Below are positions 27,601 through 41,265 of a stretch of DNA of 64,000 bases, one piece after another (the first letter of the stretch is position 1; every line of letters starts with the position of its first letter). Position numbers and translations under genes: made by a program. The stretch spans positions 9,238,001 to 9,302,000 of the forward strand of contig NC_086128.1 in NCBI RefSeq assembly GCF_963921235.1, written 5' to 3'. The DNA comes from Mobula hypostoma. Taxonomy: Eukaryota. The notes beneath the pieces are model-generated. The model saw nothing but the letters and a program-made list of their open reading frames with translations. It made no database searches and was not told where the DNA came from.

Positions 27601-28156
27601 TGGTGAGACCACACCTGGAGTACTGTGTGCAGTTTTGGTCTCCAAATTTGAGGAAGGACATTCTTGCTATTGAGGGAGTGCAGCGTAGGTTCACAAGGTT
27701 AATTCCCGGGATGGCGGGACTGTCATATGTCGAAAGACTGGAGCGAATGGGCTTGTATACTCTGGAATTTAGAAGGCTGAGAGGGGATCTTATTGAAACA
27801 TATAAGATTATTAAGGGATTGGACACGCTGGAGGCAGGAAGCATGTTCCCGCTGATGGGTGAGTCCAGAACCAGAGGCTACAGTTTAAGAATTAGGGGTA
27901 GGTCAGTTAGAACAGAGTTGAGTTCACCCAGAGAGTGGTGGATGTATGGAATGCTCTGCCCCAGAAGGCTGTGGAGGCCAAGTCTCTGGATGCTTTCAAA
28001 AAAGAGATGGATAGAGCTCTTAAAGATAGCGGAATCAAAGGTTTATGGGGATAAGGCAGGAACTGGATACTGATTGTGGATGATCAGTCATGATCACAGT
28101 GAATGGCAGTGCTGGCTCGAAGGGCCAAATGGCCTACTCCTGCACCTGTTGTCTAT
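24683..28156 (+). mobile_element. Young CR1 LINE with partial ORF1 and almost intact ORF2 (APE plus RT)
   Basis: SGNH ORF1 end (RDGLHLNKRG, 24857-25099). The 889-aa ORF at 25404-28073 has APE (VMGDFN, LDLVL, SDHN) and RT (YLDFQKAFDKVPH, GVPQGSVLGP, KFADDTK) motifs. A stop lies just upstream of 25404 and a frameshift near 27920. Confidence 0.96.
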
Positions 28157-28479
28157 TACCTGGAACTTCTAATAATCATGGTTTTCAGAAATTCAACAAT
28201 TTGAACTGGCATTACTTACTGCATAAAAATAATGCACTGGAACACAAATAAACAACAGATCTGGAATTGGAAATAAGAACAATAATGCTGAAAGAACTCA
28301 GTTATGCAACATCTGTGGAAAGGGAAAGCAAACAATGTTTTGATTCAGGGACTTTTCCTCCGTATGGGGAGAGCAGAGGGTATCAGTATTCAAAGCAGAG
28401 TTGGGAGAAAGAGAGGCATAAGACAAAAGAAAGCTGAGACAGATCAGATGGTAAGCAACATGATTACTATTAGTGAGGT

Positions 28480-28965
28480 ATTTATTTATTTATTGAGATA
28501 CAGCATGGAATAGGCCCTTCTAGCCCTTTTTGAGCTGTGCCGCCCAGCAATCCTCCAATTTAACCCTAGCCTAATCACAAGACAATTTACAACGACCAGT
28601 TATCCTACATCTTTGGACTGTGGGAGGGAATTGCAACACCCAGAGGAAAGACAGGAAGAAGGTACAAACTCCTTACAGGTAGCAGCAGGAATCTATTTAT
28701 TTTTATTTATTTATTGAGACAAGACCTTTCCGGCCCTTCGAGTCACACTGCCCAATCCTAGCCTAATTACTGGACAATTTACAATGACCAATTAACCTAC
28801 CAACCGGTACGTTTTTGGACAGTGGGAGGAAACCGGAGCACCCAGAGGAAACCCACACGGCCGTAGGGAGGACATACAAACTCCTTACAGGCAGCCACAG
28901 GAATTGAACCCAGGTCATCTGTACTGTAAAGAGCTGTGCTAATCACTACACTACCATGCAAACCA
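28480..28965 (-). mobile_element. Two tandem V-SINE (HE1-like) copies
   Basis: Duplicated unit TTTATTTATTGAGA...CCTAGCCTAAT...ACAATTTACAA...CAAACTCCTTACAGG, with the reverse complement of the V-domain at 28815-28860. Confidence 0.7.
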
Positions 28966-29029
28966 TTGTAAAGTATCAAGATAAGAAAAGGGTATAGTGT
29001 GATACGACAGAACAGCTTACATGAAATTT

Positions 29030-30020
29030 TTAAAAAACAATGGTCATTCCAGGTTGCTAAGTACCTATATGCAAGTAAAGATATTCTTCAAGATTACATT
29101 GGGCCTCACTTTTCAGTGGAGGAGGCTACAGACAGAGGGTCAGAGCAAGAATGGGACTGAAAATTAAAATGGCATGTAATGGGAAGCCCATGGTCACGCC
29201 TGTGGACTGCATGTAGGTGCTTCACAGAGTGGCCACCCAATCTGCATTTGGTTCGCCAGTGTAGAGACCACATTCTGAACCCTGAAAGCTGTAGACTAGA
29301 TTGGAAGAAGTGCAGGTGAGTCACTGCTTCACCTGGTACGGTTCTTTGAGTCCCTGGATGGTGAGAAGGAAGAGGAGAATAGACAACTCTTCTAGTTGCA
29401 TGGGAAGGTGCAATGGAATGTGGAGCGGTTAGCAGGGATGGAAGAGCAGACCAAGGAGTTAAGAGTAATCTGTCCCTGTGAAATGTAAAGAAGGGAGGAG
29501 AGACAAAGATGTAACTAGTAGTGGAGTCAAGTTAAAGTTGGTAGAAATTGCAAAAGGTAATACAATACATGTGTAGATTGAAAGGCAAGTATCAGGGGAA
29601 CTCTATTTTACTTCTGTCCCAAGGACAGGGGAGAGATACATCCACAATAGCATAAAGGGAAGCCACGTTTCAGGCAGGAGAACATTAAAGGACCACCAGA
29701 GCAGGATTCTTAACATTGGAACAAATTCAACTGAAACAAAGAAACTGAAAGAAAGGAATGGCAGCCTTACAAGAGAAAGGATGAGAGTATAGTCAAGGTT
29801 GCTGTGGGTGTCTGTGAGCCTATAAAAGATGTTAGTGACTACTCTACCTCCTGAGTTGGAGGCAGAGCACTCCAGAAAGGGAGTGTAAAAAAATGGACCA
29901 TGTAAATGTGAGACCAGGGTGGAAGCTAGCAGCAAAAATGATGGCACTTTCTAGTTCTTTGTGGATGCAGAATGTGGCACCAGTGCACAATAGATATGGC
30001 TGGAAGTTAAATATCAACCC
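29030..30020 (-). mobile_element. Old Penelope-like element remnant (GIY-YIG and part of RT)
   Basis: Diverged similarity to 47755-48320 (CRLGGHSVKHL...PITCHFN...HS), and RT-like TNIFYRLTDTHSNLDY. Confidence 0.6.
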
Positions 30021-31228
30021 TTCATACCTGGGAATTACCTTCAAATCCAGCTAATAATGTGCTAAAAGTCTCCTCCAGTGGTAAGAATCCCAAAGTGAGC
30101 AGGCCAGCCTTGAAAAAGTCCCTAGTTACCTGTACACACAGATCCAAATGATCCCTTATTTCAGCATCCACTGACAAGACAGAAACCACAGAATGGCTAC
30201 AGTCAGGAAAAATAAATTGCAATACCACTGCTTCACTTGAATTCAATTGACTTTATTTCTTACATCCTTCACATACATGAGGAGTAAAAATCTTTAAGTA
30301 ACATCTCTAAAGTGTACAATGTGCAATCATAGTATTTAGAGGGAGGATTAACTTTTCATATAGGAATTGATCAGATAAAAGAGGGGCAACTAACTTTCAG
30401 CATCAAAGACTTTTTTAAACCACTTTCTCTTTTCATTCCTCCAAGAGGACTATATACATGTTCTGGTTTGGAAGCTTGTGTGCCTTAATGATCCAGACAA
30501 CTATGCTGGCTGGAGTCAGGACCTCATGCTTTGGCTCTTGGTTGCGTCACCCATGACAAACAGGCCAGAGTACAGGCCAGACTAAGCGTGGTCCACTGGT
30601 CCTCCAGGTTTGGGGAGTTCAGCTCAGGACTAACAATGCTGACTAGTCAAACCAACTTATAGAAACAGCAATGAAGAATTCTTCTACATCTACATGCAAA
30701 TATTTCTGAGTCTCCACCCAGGACTTGCATGACTGACAGTAGTGAAAGCTAAGAGGATGCTACTGGCACAATGAAGAAAGTCCTGAACAGCACCAAAGTG
30801 GAGGACTTCCATTGCTGTCCTAAACGCCAGCGGCAGGACAAGACAGTAAGTTAGTTCTCTTTTCATTTCCTGAAGTTAAAGTGGCCCACTGAATTACTAG
30901 AGGGATTATGTCTAAAGCTTCAGCATTTACAATTTTAATGAAATTCACACAAAAAGAATGTCAAGAAATTAGTTTTTTGTTTTTGTACATTCCAAAACAG
31001 AAAATTTATTACATAAATAGCTAACTTAAAACTGTTGATGTTCAAAGTGAAGATCCAATAACCATTACGAGGCTGTTTAGTTTGTTGATATCAGCACATT
31101 AGCAAAATACATGTCCCTGATTCTGACATAAAGAACAAATATTCAATATCAGACCATGTCCGCCACCCCCCCCCCCCCCAACCCTCCTGAAGACCATTTT
31201 ATCAGAGATGGCAAAAGCATCCATACAT

Positions 31229-33533
31229 TTTCCATTTCATAGTCATACTTTATTGATCCCGGGGGAAATTGGTTTTCGTTACAGTTACACAATAATTAAA
31301 TAGTAATAAAACTATAAATAGTTAAATAGTAATATGTAAATTATGCCAGGAAATAAGTCCAGGACCAGTCTATTGACTCAGGGTGTCTGACCCTCCAAGG
31401 AAGGAGCTGTAAAGTTTGATGGCCACAGGCAGGAATGACTTCCTATAACGCTCTGTGTTGCATCTCAGTGGAATGAGTCTCTGGCTGAATGTACTCCTGT
31501 GCCCAACCAGTACATTATGTAGTGGATGGGAGACATTGTCCAAGATGGCATGCAACTTGGACAGCATCCTCTTTTCAGACACCACCGTGAGAGAGTCCAG
31601 TTCCATCCCCACAACATCACTGGCCTTACGAATGAGTTTGTTGATTCTGTTGGTGTCTGCTACCCTCAGCCTGCTGCCCCAGCACACAACAGCAAACATG
31701 ATAGCACTGGCCACCACAGACTCGTAGAACATCCTCAGCATCGTCCGGCAGATGTTAAAGGACCTCAGTCTCCTCAGGAAATAGAGACGGCTCTGACCCT
31801 TCTTGTAGACAGCCTCAGTGTTCTTTGACCAGTCCAGTTTATTGTCAATTCGTATCCCCAGGTATTTGTAATCCTCCACCATGTCCACACTGACCACCTG
31901 GATGGAAACAGGGGTTGCCAGTGCCTTAGCTCTCCTCAGGTCCACCACCAGCTCCTTAGTCTTTTTCACATTAAGCTACAGATAATTCTGCTCACACCAT
32001 GTGGTAAAGTTTCCTACTGTAGCCCTGTACTCAGCCTCATCTCCCTTGCTGATGCATCCAACTATGGCAGAGTCATCAGAAAACTTCTGAAGATGACAAG
32101 ACTCTGTGCAATAGTTGAAGTCCGAGGTGTAAATAGTGAAGAGAAAGGGAGACAAGACAGTCCCCTGTGGAGCCCCAGTGCTGCTGATCACTCTGTCGGA
32201 CACACAGTGTTGCAAGCACACAAACTGTGGTCTGCCAGTCAGGTAATCAAGAATCCATGACACCAGAAAAGCATCCACCTGAATCGCTGTCAGCTTCTCC
32301 CCCAGCAGAGCAGGGTGGATGGTTTTGAGTGCACTGGAGAAGTCAAAAAAAACATGACCCTCACAGTGCTCACTGGCTTGTCCAGGTGGGCGTAGACACG
32401 GTTCAGCAGGTAGACGATGGCATCCTCAACTCCTAGTTGGGGCTGGTAAGCGAACTGGAGGGGATCTAAGTGTGGCCTGACTATAGGCCAGAGCAGCTCC
32501 AGAACAAGTCGCTCCAGGGTCTTCATGATGTGGGAGGTCAATGCCACCGATCTGTAGTCATTGAGGCCGCTGGGGCGTGGCATCTTCGGCACAGGGATGA
32601 GGCAGGACGTCTTCCACAGCACAGGAACCCTCCAGAGTCTCAGGCTCAGGTTGAAAACATGGAGAAGTACTCCACATAGCTGAGGGGCACAGGCTTTGAG
32701 CACCCTGGTGCTGACACCATCCGGTCCTGCAGCCTTGCTCGGGTTGAGACGTTTCAGCGGTCTTCTCACCTGTTCAGCTGTGAAGCCCACCGTGGTGGTT
32801 TCGTGTGGGGAAGAGGTATAGTCATGAGAGCAGGGTGGGGGACTGTGAGGAGGGGTAGGAGTGGAGAGCAGAATATGTGTTGGTTGGGGGCCGACAACAG
32901 ATGGCTCATGTTTGGGGTGGGCAGGGGCCACAATGTCAAATCTGTTAAAGAACAGGTTAAGTTCGTTAGCCCTGTCCACACTGCCTTCAGCTCCTCTGTT
33001 GCTAGTTTGCCGAAACCCAGTGATGGTCCTCATCCCACTCCAGACCTCTCGTGTTGTTTTGCTGGAGTTTCCACTCAAGCTTCCTCCTGTACCTGTCTTT
33101 AGCCTCCCTGATCCTGGCTTTCAGGTCCCTCTGTATTGCCCTCAGCTCCTCCCTATTTCCATCTCTAAACACCCTCTTTTTAGCGTTCAGGATGTCCTTC
33201 ATGTCCTTTGTTACCCATGGCTTGTTATTTGAATAACAAAGGACAGTTCTTGTCGGAACATTGCAGTCCACACAGAAGTTAATGTAATCAGTGATGCATT
33301 CTGTGAGCCCATCGATATCCTCTCCATGTGGCTCACAGAGTGTCTGCCAGTCTGTCACCTCAAAACAACCCTGGAGCGCCTCATAAGCCTCCTCCAACCA
33401 TTTCCTCACTGTCCTCGAGGTTGCAGGTTTACTCTTCACCAGAGGCACGTAGCAGGGTTTTAGATGCACCAGGTTGTGATCTGACCTTCCCAATGGGGGG
33501 AGGGGAGAGGAGCTGTGTGCATCCTTAACGTTA
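31229..33533 (-). mobile_element. Rex1/Babar LINE, 5'-truncated, low divergence
   Basis: PPLGRSDHNLV, KAAGPDGVSTRVLKACA, LDPLQFAYQ, TGAPQGTVLSPFLF, LQKFSDDSAIVG and YKYLGIRIDNKLDW spread over four frameshifted ORFs. Confidence 0.93.
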
Positions 33534-34042
33534 GGAGGTTGTCTCACAGAAAGCGGATGTACATGACCCTTCAGAGCTAGGATTATCTATTTACACCCTC
33601 AGCTGAGCAGCCCTAGTAAAGAACTTCCAGATTAATAACACAGCCAAATGTTCCAGACATCTGCAAAAAAACAGTAGTAGATGTTGACACCAAGTGATCC
33701 ATTGAAACCCATGGGATAAATCAGATGTGGAAACAGTGGGTGACAGGGCTTGCAGGGGGAGTAGAAACTAGGCCCAGGAAAGGAAATAGTGGTAGATACC
33801 AAATGTTGAAATTGGGGCCAGGGCAAGAACAGGAATTCAGAGCTTTTGTTAGAGCTTAATTTCCCAAAAAGTGTACTTAACAAGTGGTTCTCTGTATAGA
33901 ATTCCACCAGCAGCTTTGACCAACTGATAAACAAATTGCTTAAGAAACTAAATTGAAGAGAACTGGAGCCCTGGAAAATCCCCCTTCCCCCCTTTGAGTG
34001 ATGGGTGGGAATTCTGGAAATCACTAATATCCTTAAAATCAA

Positions 34043-34048
34043 TTTATT
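34043..34048 (-). promoter_or_regulatory. Candidate CCDC103 poly(A) signal AATAAA
   Basis: First canonical minus-strand AATAAA I found past the stop codon (about 950 nt). ATTAAA variants lie closer. Confidence 0.3.
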
Positions 34049-35001
34049 TTTCCCAATCCCAGCAGACAGTAATTCTAGGAATAGTAATACAATAGCCAGA
34101 AAGCAGACTGTATTTCTGCAAAGTAATCAACCCAACCCCAAGAAAACAAGTAACAGCCAAAACATGACATGCTAACCATTTAATGTTACAGTCCTTGCAG
34201 CATGTAGCAAATATTACAGCAAACACACTTTTCCTATGTGCCATGGCTGGTTTATAGAGATAGTATTAAAAATAAAAACAGTTTAATTATAGCTATCGTA
34301 GAAAGTTCAGCTACTATTTACATTGCAACCAGTAATAAAACATAATACGGTACCACTAAAAATAAAAGTACTTCAAAAATACAACTGAGCTGGAAGTACC
34401 TGAAAAATAGATGAGCTCATTTTTCCCCCCAATTCATCATCTGCTTCCAACTAACTTTCTAACCAACACCAATGATTCAAAAAGTGATTTAGTTCAACCC
34501 AAGAAATTATAAGTATACTGAAATAAAGAGCACAGTCAAGATACTGTAATGGGCAACTTTGAAACTAATATTAACACAGACAGATTATGGCTATTCTATT
34601 TGTCTGTTTCAAATGTATACATTCCAGATGGGACTAAGTTGCTTTGAATTAACAAATCAAAAATACCATACATTTATGAAATTTACTCTGAGCTGTGGAT
34701 GCTCATTCTATTACATTCAAGATCAAGGTCAATAAATTAGAAACACTCAAGAAATCAAGGCATATGTAGATACAGCAAGAAAGTAGAGCCGCTGTTAAAC
34801 GTGCTTATGATCTTATTGATACATATAACAAGCCAAAAGGGTCACACTGCCTACATTTGCTGCTTTTTTTTTTATAAACTACTGGTTTTTAGACTGGCAC
34901 TCCCATTTTGAAAAAAAAATTCAGATGCTCTATTGTCAGAAATGCAGGGGAATTCCCAAATTTGAAAGGGAATAGAGTAGTCCAGAGTTACAAAAACTGG
35001 A

Positions 35002-35460
35002 CTAGTTAAATCTGTATGCTTTTATTAACCGTTGGAGCATTCTCCTATTTATTGCCTCCTCAGGAGCACACCCCTCTTTTACAGTTTCCTCAGGATTCAT
35101 CTCTATCTCACTTCCCTGCTGCAAAACTTCACCCAGGTTCTGCTCTAGCAGTTGAAACAGCCTTAGGCCCTTCTCCCTCTCTTTGCTGTTCAGGAAATCC
35201 ACATTCAGGCCAAACCGTCGAGTTTGAGAGAGATGCAGCAGGATCCAATAAATCGCTTTTGTGTCTTCAGGTTGGAACTGATCGCAAAGTATGACCAAGA
35301 ATTCACCAAGCAGTCCAAATCCTATTTCAGCATGGAAGACATTTCCCAAGAGCTGGGCACCTAAGGTGAGAAGGAAGGCATACTTCTCTGGTTCAGTACA
35401 ATAATATCTTCTCCAGTCACGGCTAAACTCCGCTGCTGTCCTAGGTTGGGAATCTGCATG
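35002..35460 (-). CDS. CCDC103: CCDC103/DNAAF19 last coding exon (RPAP3_C-like domain)
   Basis: Acceptor ttatag|CAT at 35461/35460. Reads HADSQPRTAAEFSRDWRRYY...GNVFHAEIGFGLLGEFL...RFGLNVDFLNSKERE...stop. 459 nt, phase 0. Confidence 0.92.
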   Translation of the reverse strand, partial: HADSQPRTAAEFSRDWRRYYCTEPEKYAFLLTLGAQLLGNVFHAEIGFGLLGEFLVILCDQFQPEDTKAIYWILLHLSQTRRFGLNVDFLNSKEREKGLRLFQLLEQNLGEVLQQGSEIEMNPEETVKEGCAPEEAINRRMLQRLIKAYRFN

Positions 35461-36024
35461 CTATAATTTGTGAAGAGTTAGCATGATATTGTCTTCACTC
35501 AAAAGCAACACAAGTTATAAGACAACACACACACAAAATGCTGGAGGAACTCAACAGGTCATGCAGCATCTATGGAAATGAATTGGAGAATTACTTTCTT
35601 CCTGGGAGAAGACTCAAGCACCCCTCCCACAGCAGAATATGGGGAAGCCACCCCATTGGTAACCATAGGAGTATGACTACATTGGGCCTGTTCGATTGCA
35701 AGTAACTTTAGTAATGCACTACATTTCTGTTTACAGCATTACTGTCATACACCAGCCCACTCCTCCTCAATACTTCCATCAATATCAATATTTATCCAAA
35801 TAAAAGCTAGGCTTGTGTTTGTTTGTTTTTTTTTCTAATAAAGATATTCCAAGGGAGATTGAGAAGAGATTGTTTGCAGACAAGAAAATATGCTGAAGGC
35901 AGCAGGCATGAGTCTCAGAAAGTATGTGTCCTTTGAGTGTCTTCTTGGGCTTTGCCCAATGTCCAGCAATGTTTAACTGCTTGTAGATGGAACGTCAGGG
36001 ATATTGGGAATGGTTGGTGGCAGA

Positions 36025-36385
36025 CATTGATTGTGTGGATAGTCAGAGGCTTTTTCCCCAGGGCTGAAATGGCTGCCACAAGAGGGCACAGGTTTAAGGT
36101 GCTTGGGAGTAGGTACAGAGGAGATGTCAGGGGTAAGAGTTGTTTTTTTTAAATAAAAAAATAAAAAATCGCAAAGAGTGTTGAGTGTGTGGAACAGGCT
36201 GCCGGCGATGGTGGTGGAGGTGGATACGATAGGGTCTTTTAAGAGACTCCTGGATAGGTACATGGAGCTCAGAAAAATAGAGGGCTATGGGTAACCTTAG
36301 TAATTTCTAAGGTAGGGACATGTTTGGCACAACTTTGTGGGGTGAAGGGCCTGTATTGTGCTGTAGGTTTTCTATGTTTCTATGT
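36025..36385 (+). mobile_element. CR1 3' end fragment in the last CCDC103 intron
   Basis: FFPRAEMAATRGHRFKV and the TTTCTATGTTTCTATG tail. Reverse complement of about 41266-41620. Confidence 0.85.
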
Positions 36386-37498
36386 AGATACAAGAATTGC
36401 CCCCAAAGGTTTGACACAAGGGTGGAAAGAATGAAGTAATGAACAAAGGAAAAATGAGAAAGGGAAATGGTATGAAAGGAGTATCAATTTGAATATATTG
36501 TCACAAGGGCAGTGAAGTACAGGTATAATGTAAGACTTTATTTATCACTAAATAACTTGCTTGAAACAGCATCACAAGCACAGAAGATGCAAGTAAAACT
36601 AATAGAAATTAGAAAGAAACTAGTCTGAAATGAATTAAATGCAAACACAGAAAAGCAGAAATTGACATGTAACAACATAGGCAAAAATTGATTTTTTTTT
36701 CCACCTTGTTAAAGTATAACAGAGTAAAACTGGGTGGAAGTTAACAATGTAAAGAAAAAAAGTCTAATTGCATTTAAATTAAAAGCTTCAAAAGATGATA
36801 ACGATTTTCTGGAATTTTGAACCTCAAATTTCCCTTGCACTATCTTGTGAAGAAGATCATAATGATCAGGTCAGAGATTTAAAAAAAAATATGGCTAAAA
36901 CTTGATACAGCTTTGAACAGAGAAAGGGAAGAAAACTGTTCAAGACATTTAGAAAGGGCATAACACTCCTTAAAATGTACTCATCTACAACACCGCTGCA
37001 TAAGAAGCCCTGCATGTGAAGTGGCAAGACAGAAAACAGGAAGAAATTCCTCACAGAGAGCTTTTATTCAGTATTATATAGTATTTGTAGAAATAGTCAT
37101 TTTGCCCCAAAAGGTACATGCCATTATTAATGTTCCATATCAGTCTCCTCTCACGTGTGCCAACATTACTACATACTGCATTTAGCACCAATTACAGATT
37201 AACCTCTGTGCACATACCCTTCAATGCCCCTGTCTAACCTTCATTTAAAAAAGTTTCAGTTGATGCCCCAGTCTCAACCACTTCATGAGGAAGAGTCCTT
37301 TAAACTTCCAGTATCCTCTACAAGGAGGATTGTTTTAAACTGGACTTTCCCCACTGGAAAAAACAGCTTACTCTTATCTACCTTTTCAAATCCTTCAATA
37401 ATTATCATGATCATGCTTTGCAGATTTCTAAGGATGAACAGAAGATACCATTGACCCCACACTTGAGAATCTCCTTACTCTGAGTATTGAATACTGAC

Positions 37499-37622
37499 CT
37501 TGGATAACTCCACCTCAACACTGCTCTTTTCCTTCGTAGCATACGTATTCCAGGGTTGATTCCTTGCTCCCAACTTGTCTTGCAATTCCAAAGGCTTCAA
37601 ATGCGAAGCTTGCACAATATCC
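37499..37622 (-). CDS. CCDC103: CCDC103/DNAAF19 middle coding exon
   Basis: ttccacag|G GAT...; (R)DIVQASHLKPLELQDKLGARNQPWNTYATKEKSSVEVELSK; AAG|gtcagt. 124 nt, phases consistent with both neighbouring exons. Confidence 0.92.
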
Positions 37623-39864
37623 CTGTGGAATACAAAGTAGTAAGACAGGATTTACTCACTGCCTTTCTTCACATTTCCATTTCTTCCAACTTCTAATTTT
37701 TCTATTGTGAACAAAATTGAAGATATTTTTACAGATGTGCCATAGAAGGCATCATATCTGGATACATTTCAGCTTGGTATGGCAACTGCTCTGCCCAAGA
37801 CTGCAAGAATCTACAGAGAACCGTGGACACAGCAGATTACAGAAACCAGCCTCCCCTCCATGAACTTTGCCCACACTGCTCACGGCCTTGGTAAAGCAAC
37901 CAACATAATTAAAGACCCCACCCACCCAGGACATTTTCTCTCTTCCCCATTTTCATCATGCAGATGACACAAAAGCCTGAAACCATGTACCACCCTACTG
38001 TTTTAAAGCTATTAAATGGTCCTCTAGTGTGATATGATGAACTACTGATCTCACAGTCCATCTCGTTATGGCCTTGAACCTTATTGTCTACCTGTAATGC
38101 ACTTTCTCTGCAACTGTAACACTTTAATCTGCATTCTATTATTGTTTTCCCTCAATGTACCGTGATGGAATTATTTACATAGATGACATGCAAAATAAAG
38201 CTATACTTCAGTACAGATGACAATAATAAAACAATGTTAATAGGTTTTTAAAAAGGAAAGGTGGTCACAAAATAAAATAGGAATATAGGTAGAAAATCTC
38301 TAGTACTGCATTCAGTGCTCTAATAATTTCCGTGGTTCAGTATGTGTTGAATCTGTAGGACAGATCTATACCAATTAATTCAAACCAAGATCTAAACTAA
38401 GAACTGAGATCTGCACTAATCTGTAGTTAATTAACCAACCAGTGCAACTTTAGGGAACTCAGTCTGCGTTTCTGATTCACAGGAGATATGGATTATTGAC
38501 AATTCCCAAAACCCTTACAGTATATGACATCAGTACGTTTCTGTGGTCCAGATTTTGAGGTCTGTCACCAGTCAAGTCCCAAGAGTACCAGATAAAACAG
38601 TTTCAACCTGTATTACCTTTCTCTTTGTATCCCATGCACTGTATTCAACACCATATTTAAAATGGATTATAAAGTTTTTAAAAATCAAGGGGATTCAATA
38701 AACAATTATTTCAAATTAACATACTAGAACCAGCTTCAGGTTGGTAGCAATGAGATTAGTATGGAGAGATTTTTCTGGCACAGGAGAGGCACAAAGAATT
38801 CTAATGTGAGGGTAGAATAAAACGTGTGTAGTTATGTATAATACCTGACATAACTAAGTACTGCATGGGCTTTTAAAAAAACTAAACAAAAGCTTCAACT
38901 TCTCAAAACCACTGGGTGACAGGCTTCAACCATCTGATGCCAGCGCCGTCTGCATCAAGGTTGTTCTGTAGAGCTGCACAAAGGAACCTTAGAATGAGAG
39001 TTTTCCAATTACTAGGTCAACACTTTCTTCAAAAGTAATTGCATGTTAATGATACACATTAATTAATTGGCAAATAGGCAGCAAGTCTAAGGAAAGAAGG
39101 GTTATTCCACAAGCTGTGAATCCCCAGAACACGCTGATTTATGCCAATCTGCTATTTATTTCACAAAAACAGCACTGTGCCTTTAGCTCACTGTTAGTTT
39201 TACAAACATGTTAGATTTGCATATTAATTTAAACTCATAACAGAAAGCAGAGCTTATGCATAATGGTGCAAGAACTCTTAATAATGTGATGTGAATAACT
39301 TTGCCCATGTGAACAAGTTAAACTGGCATCACATTACTGAAGTCTGAAAATTTCAGAAATCTTTAAGAAAAATTTCAAATTTTACATTTCTCTATTTTTA
39401 TTGCCGTCAGTCCAACCTTCTGTTTTCTTTCTCTGTATTTGATCTGACTCCAGATTACCCTGTTCCCTTGTATTGTTTCCTGTCTTGGTTCTTCAGTCCT
39501 GTAGTTCTTGAGTTGCACATATTTTTGTCCTTCTTTACGTTAACAGCTTTACTGTTACCAGGTATGGTATATTTGAACTGAAACTGCATCAAAAGGTCTA
39601 ACTAGATGTGGCATTAGAAGCCTCGGTGTAGCAAGACGTAGCCCACATTTAGTAGCTGGATTGTCCATTTTCAACTCCACATATAACACTCTCCAGTTCC
39701 CTATCACCACGACTGTTGCTCTGAAACAGTCTTGCTACTGAAGTTATGCTTTAATAGTGCTATCCTGAACCAGACCCCAGTCACTGCTAGTTGTGAAATG
39801 AACCAGTCCCTAAGCAATGAGATTGTTGCACTAGACTAGCTTCCTAGAAAGACTTAAATAAACA

Positions 39865-41265
39865 CAGTTCAAAATTCAAAGTAAATTTATTATCAAAGTA
39901 CATATATGTCACCATATACAACCCTGAATTTAATTTTCTTGTGAGCAATCACAGTAAATACAAAAAACAGAATCAATGAAAGACTGCACCCAACAACCAA
40001 TGTGCAAAAAAAATTACCACACTGTAAATACAAAAAGAGGAAATAAATAAATAAGAGACACAAGATGAAGAGTCCTAGAAAGTGAGTCTATTGATTGTGG
40101 GAACAGCTCAATGACGGGGCAAGTGAAGTATCCCCTCTGGCGCAAGAGCCTGAATGTTGAGGGGTAATAACGATTCCTGAACCTGGTGGTGCAAGTCCTG
40201 AGGCTTTTGTACCTTCTCCCTGATGGCAGCAGTGAGAAGAGAGCTTGGCCTGAATGGTGAGGGTCATTGCTCATGGATGCTGCTTTCCTGCTACAGCACT
40301 CAACATAGATATGCTCAACAGTAGGGAGGGCTTTACTTGTAATGGACAGGGCTGTATTCTACTTTTTGAAGGATTTTCCATTCAAGGGCATTGGTGTTTC
40401 CATACCAGGCCATGAAGCAGCCAGTCAATATACTCTCCACCACATATCTATAGAGGTTTGCCAAAAATTTTAGCTCATATTCCGAATCTTTGCAAGTGTC
40501 TAAGAAAACAGAGGTGCTGCCGTGCTTCCTTCATAAAGGCACTTGCGTGCTGGACCCAGGACAGATCCTCTGAAGTGATGATGCCGAGGAATGTAAAGTT
40601 GCTGACCCTCTCCACCTCTGATACCCTAATGAGGACTGTTTCATGGACCTCCGGTTTCCTCCTCCTGTAGTCAATAACCAGCTCCTTGGTCTTGCTGACA
40701 TTGGGTAAAAGGTTGGTCTTGTGGCACCACTCAGCCAGAGTGTGCTGAGACCGTTGATGCTGTAGGTGATATGTTGAAGATAATTAAGCAGATATTTCTT
40801 CAAACAAACCTGATTGAAGTCCCTGGCAATGATTTGAATAGCATTAAGGTAGACTGTTTCTTGTTTGCAAATCGCAGCACTCTACATCATGTGCTTGCTT
40901 AACATCAACCTTTGGCGGTATGTAAACTTGGATCAGGATCACGAAGGAGAACCTTCTTCACAAGCAGAACAGTCAACACTTAAACATCAGATGTTCCAGG
41001 TCGGGGATACAAGACTGCTACGTCCATGCACCAGAAAGAGTTTATCATGAAACACAGACCCCCACCTTTTGCCTTCTGAACTAGCAGTCTGATCCATCCA
41101 ACTGTATGTCAAGATGCCCTCAGGTATTAACAATGTATACAGCATGTCCAGTTTGAGCTATGTCTCCATGAAATACAGAATGCAGTAATTCCTCATTTCC
41201 CTCCGATAAAGCAATCTTGTCCTTGGGTCCTCAATCAACTGTACATTTGCTGACAAGATACTAAG
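39865..41265 (-). mobile_element. Rex1/Babar LINE remnant with an internal deletion (APE joined to the RT 3' end)
   Basis: The minus strand of 40740-41265 gives ILSANVQ...RLLYRREMRNYCILYFMET...KGGGLCFMIN...VYIPPK. 39865-40740 is the RT C-terminus and 3' UTR. The element resumes at about 44010-44090 (GGLQARLKCRGMKLPL) beyond the CR1 insertion. Confidence 0.75.
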
